A stretch of DNA of 63,960 nucleotides, filler included, from Ionaspis alba (taxonomy: Eukaryota): NCBI GenBank assembly GCA_964255285.1. It is 9 parts of 9 records of this genome, joined end to end, with 100 filler letters (N's around TTAATTAATTAA, not from the genome) between each part and the next. Parts side by side here need not be neighbours in the genome. Positions count along the whole stretch, not along the records: positions 57,007 to 63,960 come from CAXUUL010000869.1; 8 more parts are not named here. One strand, given 5' to 3'. The translations under genes were made by a program, and so were the position numbers. Every line of letters starts with the position of its first letter. Within the stretch, counting starts at the first letter, position 1. Below, piece after piece: positions 59,723 through 63,960 of the stretch. Under the pieces are notes generated by a model. That model searched no databases. It was not told the origin of the DNA and saw nothing but the letters and a program-made list of their open reading frames with translations.

Positions 59723-62597
59723 CTATCTCCTGCGGCCATGGAGCATCCCTCTCGTGAAGAGGATCTGTGGTTTGGACCACGACCAGATGGCGTACCTGCT
59801 GTATATGACAGAGGCGAGCTCATTGCTGAAGCCTCGACACTTAGGGACAATGATCGAACACCCGTACAGTCAGATTACGAAGTTACCAGGAGGCCCGCCT
59901 CCAGATACAAAGGTAGAGCGAAAAGTGTTTAGATTTCTCTTTCCGGCATTTTCTATACCGCTTAACTATATTGTCTGTTTGATAGTTGACATCGCATTAT
60001 CTATATATTCTATTTATCCAATTGCTCGCAACTGCAAAGCGGTGACCTCTGCAGCTACATATGATCGTGTTATTGTGATTTGCCACTGTTTGACTTCGAA
60101 GTTGCCGTACTTGGCTAAGTCGTCCATTAATTTCACCGAAACTGCGGCTGCGGCTCGTTCCCTTTTCGCCTGCATCTCCCCGTGTCGAGCAATATATGTC
60201 ACGATTGGGGCCGATTCTTGACGTAGTTTGTCCGCCAGCGCTAGAAGATATTTTTTTTTATCTTAATCCGTATTCCAGTTGTTTTTGTTTTGTAAATGCG
60301 GGGAATTTGACGTATTTGACTATTCCGACGTTTTCATTGCGGTCGCTGATGGCATGGAATATCTTGTTGGTATTTTCGTCATTTTTTATTTTTGATGCGC
60401 CCTTCTCGTACGCTTTGGCTTGCATCAGAAACGCTGCTCGGGGGAAGGATTTGGCGATAGGGAAAATACCACTACCAGACCCGGAGCCATCTTTGGAAGA
60501 TGCTATGCCGCAAAGAAGTATCTTCTCACACTTCATGGACGACGACATAGGAGGAACGCTCTTCCTCTTGCCCGGAAGTCCCTAGCTCGGGACGCCAATA
60601 CTCGTTAAATCACTTTGGCTGTATCTCGTCCCTCGAGCTCTTCACATCGGTAGACGTGTAATGGTCACATCAATACTGTTCTGTGTCCTTGTATAAAATT
60701 AGCCCAATAAACGCAAAAATCCTTGCAAATTGATTGCACCACCGCCAGTAATCCGATTCTGGCTACGTGCATAGCGGAGAATAAGGCTGGAAAGCTCATG
60801 GTGAGTATAGTCAAATGGCAGTATCGGCCGTACAGCGACAACAGCATCGAAATGGCACACGACGACCCTTTTGCAAGTCACACTGAGAAAGACCTTTCAG
60901 GTTCTGCTGGCTTTGGCGATTCGAGAAGCCCTCGGATAGGGAATCGATGCTCTCGATGAGGACATAATTATGTCACACCATTTCCCTGCTACCCCCCAAT
61001 CCCTTAATGATAGAGTGGCTCTTTCCCGGGTGGAATTACACGGTCGAGCGATCAGAAGAGAGAGTTCCGGGCCTCCGGGAAGAGAAGAAATAACGAGAGA
61101 GGAGGAGCAAGGGAAAGAGATTTGGTAAAATTGAAGACGACTGGGGCCGGAGAAGTCCAGTCCAGCCCATGTCGCCTAGAACCATAGCCATGAACACCAG
61201 GAGGTGGGAGGACATGCATATCGTTTGCTTCTATTCCATTCACTTTGCTTCTTTCTTCACTTTCTCTCATCTAATTCACCCTCAGCGCACCTATTCTCGT
61301 TGCGTTTGGTCGAGGCTAATTCGTTACTACGTTCGCTATTAGTTTATCCTTCTAAAATAAAACATTGGTGCTGTGGTGGTGCGTATAATTGATTCTATAT
61401 TTCCAGCACACTGCCTTTTTCTGAGTTGGCAGGGTTTGAGTACCTGCCTTCACCAGATGCCGGACCTGATGCAGCTCATTCGGAGCCACATCTTCTTACG
61501 GCGGTCCTGGGACTTGCTCGAAAGCAGTGAGATGGACACGAAGCCTGTTAGCAATGGATGCGGTGGATCCGAATGGTGTCTATGGGTATGAAGTGGGATC
61601 GCGCAGATCGCCAATGTGACTCGAGCGTCGGTCGTGGCACCCAGCATTCCAAAACGAACGGCGTTTGCAGCATGATATCACGCAGAGACCGGATGTTAAC
61701 AAGAATAGTTGTCGACAGAAGATATCATGCTGTTCTCAATGTAAAGAAGGCTGGTATCGAAAAGGAATTTCGAGTTGATTAATGTACAGAAACTTCTTAT
61801 CTGGCTCGTCGCCGATGGGCTCGTTTGAGAAGTCGGAGATTTTTCGAAATCGATTTTCGAGTTCTGCGGACTCATTCTCGACAGTTTTACTGATTTTTCG
61901 GATTGCTACTGGTGTTTAAAAGTCTTGTAGTGGATCGCTAAAAGCCGAATCCAAATTCTGTAGCATCTTTGAACGTTTGCTGGTAAGGTTGCCTGCGTTT
62001 TCGGTTGTGTTGTAAGAGAGTTGTGGTGTGGTGTGAGATCGAGAGGGAGTATTTTTTATTGGAATCACTGTCGCCTTTCGCATAGATGGCGACAGTTGGG
62101 TAATAGGAACGCACACCGCAATGCCCAGCTCCTAAAATCAATCCTTTCGATCGTGCGTCTGACAGATCGACTGTGACAATAGACATCTTCTCTGAAAACC
62201 CTTGGTCCTGGGTAGGCGTTGTGTTTTGACAATGAGGAAGAGACGACATCGATAATATTCTTCGCAATTTTCGCCGCAATCCCGCATTCCCCTCGACACC
62301 AGGCGTAAGCTTCGGCCATGTCTTCATTGGAATCTACTATCCAAGATGAGCCTAGGGCACATTGGCTGAGCGTTGTCAAGATGGTGAAATGGCAGGGCCA
62401 GTCAACAATGGTTTGAAATAGGGTGCAAAGCAACATAGACTTGTCTTAAGATTTAGTATTGTAGGATGTGCACTGCAAGAAACGCTGCAAAGTTCAGAGC
62501 ATATCATTCATTGAATTCCGTATGTAGATCCAAAAGAACGTATCAATCTATCGGCGCACTCTGCCTGCCTCCAATTACATCTGAGGAGTGAGAACCC

Positions 62598-63368
62598 TTA
62601 CAGACCCAACGGGTTCTGTGCAGTCTGTGCCTTCCCTCCAGACGCCTCTTCGCCCTTCCCCTACAAGCCTGTCAGCTACCGAGCCCAGTCAAGAAGTCTT
62701 GTGGCCACAAACCTGTGCTTGGCCCGTGGCTCCACCAACTGCTCCAGTTGCGCCTGAAACAGTGTTTCCCACGCCTTGCGTTGCTCCACCGACTGTCTGG
62801 TATGGATGTCAGCCCCAGAGCTTGTATCGATGTGTGATTGCGGGGCTTGGACCTTGCCAACACCTTCACCAACGCCGCCGACTGTCGGACATTTGTCAGT
62901 ACTGGAAGAGGATATTGGACAGCTGCACTGCTAACCTGTCTTCCCTACGGTGTCTCCCAAGCCTCCAACTGTCTGCTATCGTGTCAGTGCCCTGGAGGAC
63001 GCCATATGGTATCAGACCACCAAGGGACACATTCGAACCTTTCCAACGGTGTCACCTACGTGACTGTTAGTCCATGCCGTATGTAGAGTGTCAGTATACT
63101 TGCCGAGACCTCCTAGAATTCCTGTTCCGCCATCCAGCAGGACCTGTTAGTAAAGCAATGGGTCCATCGGAGGTGGGTACCTGGTAGGTAAATAGATTCT
63201 AAAGAAGAAGCTGAGAGTAAAGATATCACAGCAGCCGGAAATATATGACAATGGCCCCAAAAGCGAGTTCCATATGATCATGGCAGACAAGAAAAAAATG
63301 GCTATGAGAAGAATGGAGAGAACCATCCGGACAACTGGGAGAAAAGAGGTCGGGAACAAACCGCCCAT
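62598..63368 (-). CDS. 84-aa Gly-rich 11-mer-repeat protein (LEA/hydrophilin-like) in seven coding exons, including a GC-AG intron
   Basis: Spliced: MGGILGGLGDTVGKTVGGLGDTVGKTVGGVGEGVGKTVGGATQGVGNTVSGATGAVGGATGQAQGKGEEASGGKAQTAQNPLGL*. All six introns have CTRAC branch sites and restore the frame. A further intron lies in the 5' UTR. Confidence 0.85.
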
Positions 63369-63960
63369 GATGATTGTATCGAAGGTCTAGAGAATTAGCA
63401 TCGATCATTGAGCCCAGGTGCGCCGAGGACTCACAGTTGAACTGGTATTAGATTGATGTGAAGTTGCTTCAATACTTGCTTGTGTTTTGCGTAAATACTG
63501 TGTGAATACTATCGTAGCACAATCAACCACAGCGGCCACTCCCCCACTTATAACCCTCAACCCGCGGGGCCATCCGGCACCCCACCACCCCACCACCATC
63601 ATTCTCACATGCATGCAACACACAACCGCCTAACCTCTCCTGGGCCTGGGTTGGGTTGAGCGGATCGAAAGGCCAGGCAGAGCAGGGGGAGTGATCCGGT
63701 TTCCAACCCCGATCATGCGGGGCAATCTCCTCGGCACGATTGCGCAATGAGGTCAGCGCCAGGCTTAGATTGGGCTGTGGCTGGCGGGCTAGAGGATGGC
63801 TCGAGGGTGGCTTAAAGCATGGCTAGCGGAGATCGATATGATTCCGTGTGAGAGAAGTTAGACTATCTCGTATGCAAAGTAGTCTATCTACGACGAATCG
63901 AGGGCCGGGGTGAGGGAGCGGCGGGCGGGGTGGTGGGGTTGCGGGCTCTGGCGGGCGGGG

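Noticed and set aside
60014..60548. Possible decayed gene on the minus strand broken at an A9 run
   Set aside because: Protein-like by eye only; no family motif to support it.
61736..62436. Minus-strand frame interrupted by a single TAA at 61916-61918, possible pseudogene
   Set aside because: No recognisable homology; could be chance open frames.
63122..63368. Hydrophobic 73-aa ORF, stwintron or snoRNA in the 240-nt intron
   Set aside because: A single GTTTGT...CTAAC...CAG intron gives the correct frame. The hydrophobicity reflects pyrimidine-rich intron sequence, and I see no D box.

Overview
This is filamentous ascomycete (Pezizomycotina-type) genomic DNA with short GT-AG introns and CTRAC branch sites. 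It is not one locus. Nine unrelated ~7 kb scaffolds (7047, 7046, 7046, 7036, 7031, 7023, 7001, 6976, 6954 bp, sorted by length) are joined by artificial N44-TTAATTAATTAA-N44 spacers, so gene neighbourhood across spacers is meaningless. Recognisable genes: importin beta-4 (KAP123), TSR2, SNU71/RBM25, mitochondrial ribosomal S21 and S19, PHO85/PhoA CDK, a Zn2Cys6 regulator, uracil phosphoribosyltransferase, a large RRM protein, FMP46, an MDR dehydrogenase, a GPI-anchored repeat protein, MRE11, aldehyde dehydrogenase, a DUF3074 protein and betaine lipid synthase BTA1. The ORF track misses or understates several things. The strongest candidate for something undescribed is a 407-codon, Met-free, AUG-depleted Gln/Pro-rich frame fused in frame upstream of the PHO85 start, with synonymous-only divergence in an internal duplication and an overlapping uORF. 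Also found: an snR71-type box C/D snoRNA in a KAP123 intron, a 7-exon 84-aa 11-mer-repeat protein with a GC-AG intron, a 49-aa rubredoxin-like microprotein, a secreted extensin-like YTPPP protein, and an orphan protein with a strictly conserved repeated peptide. All calls were made by eye, without database searches.
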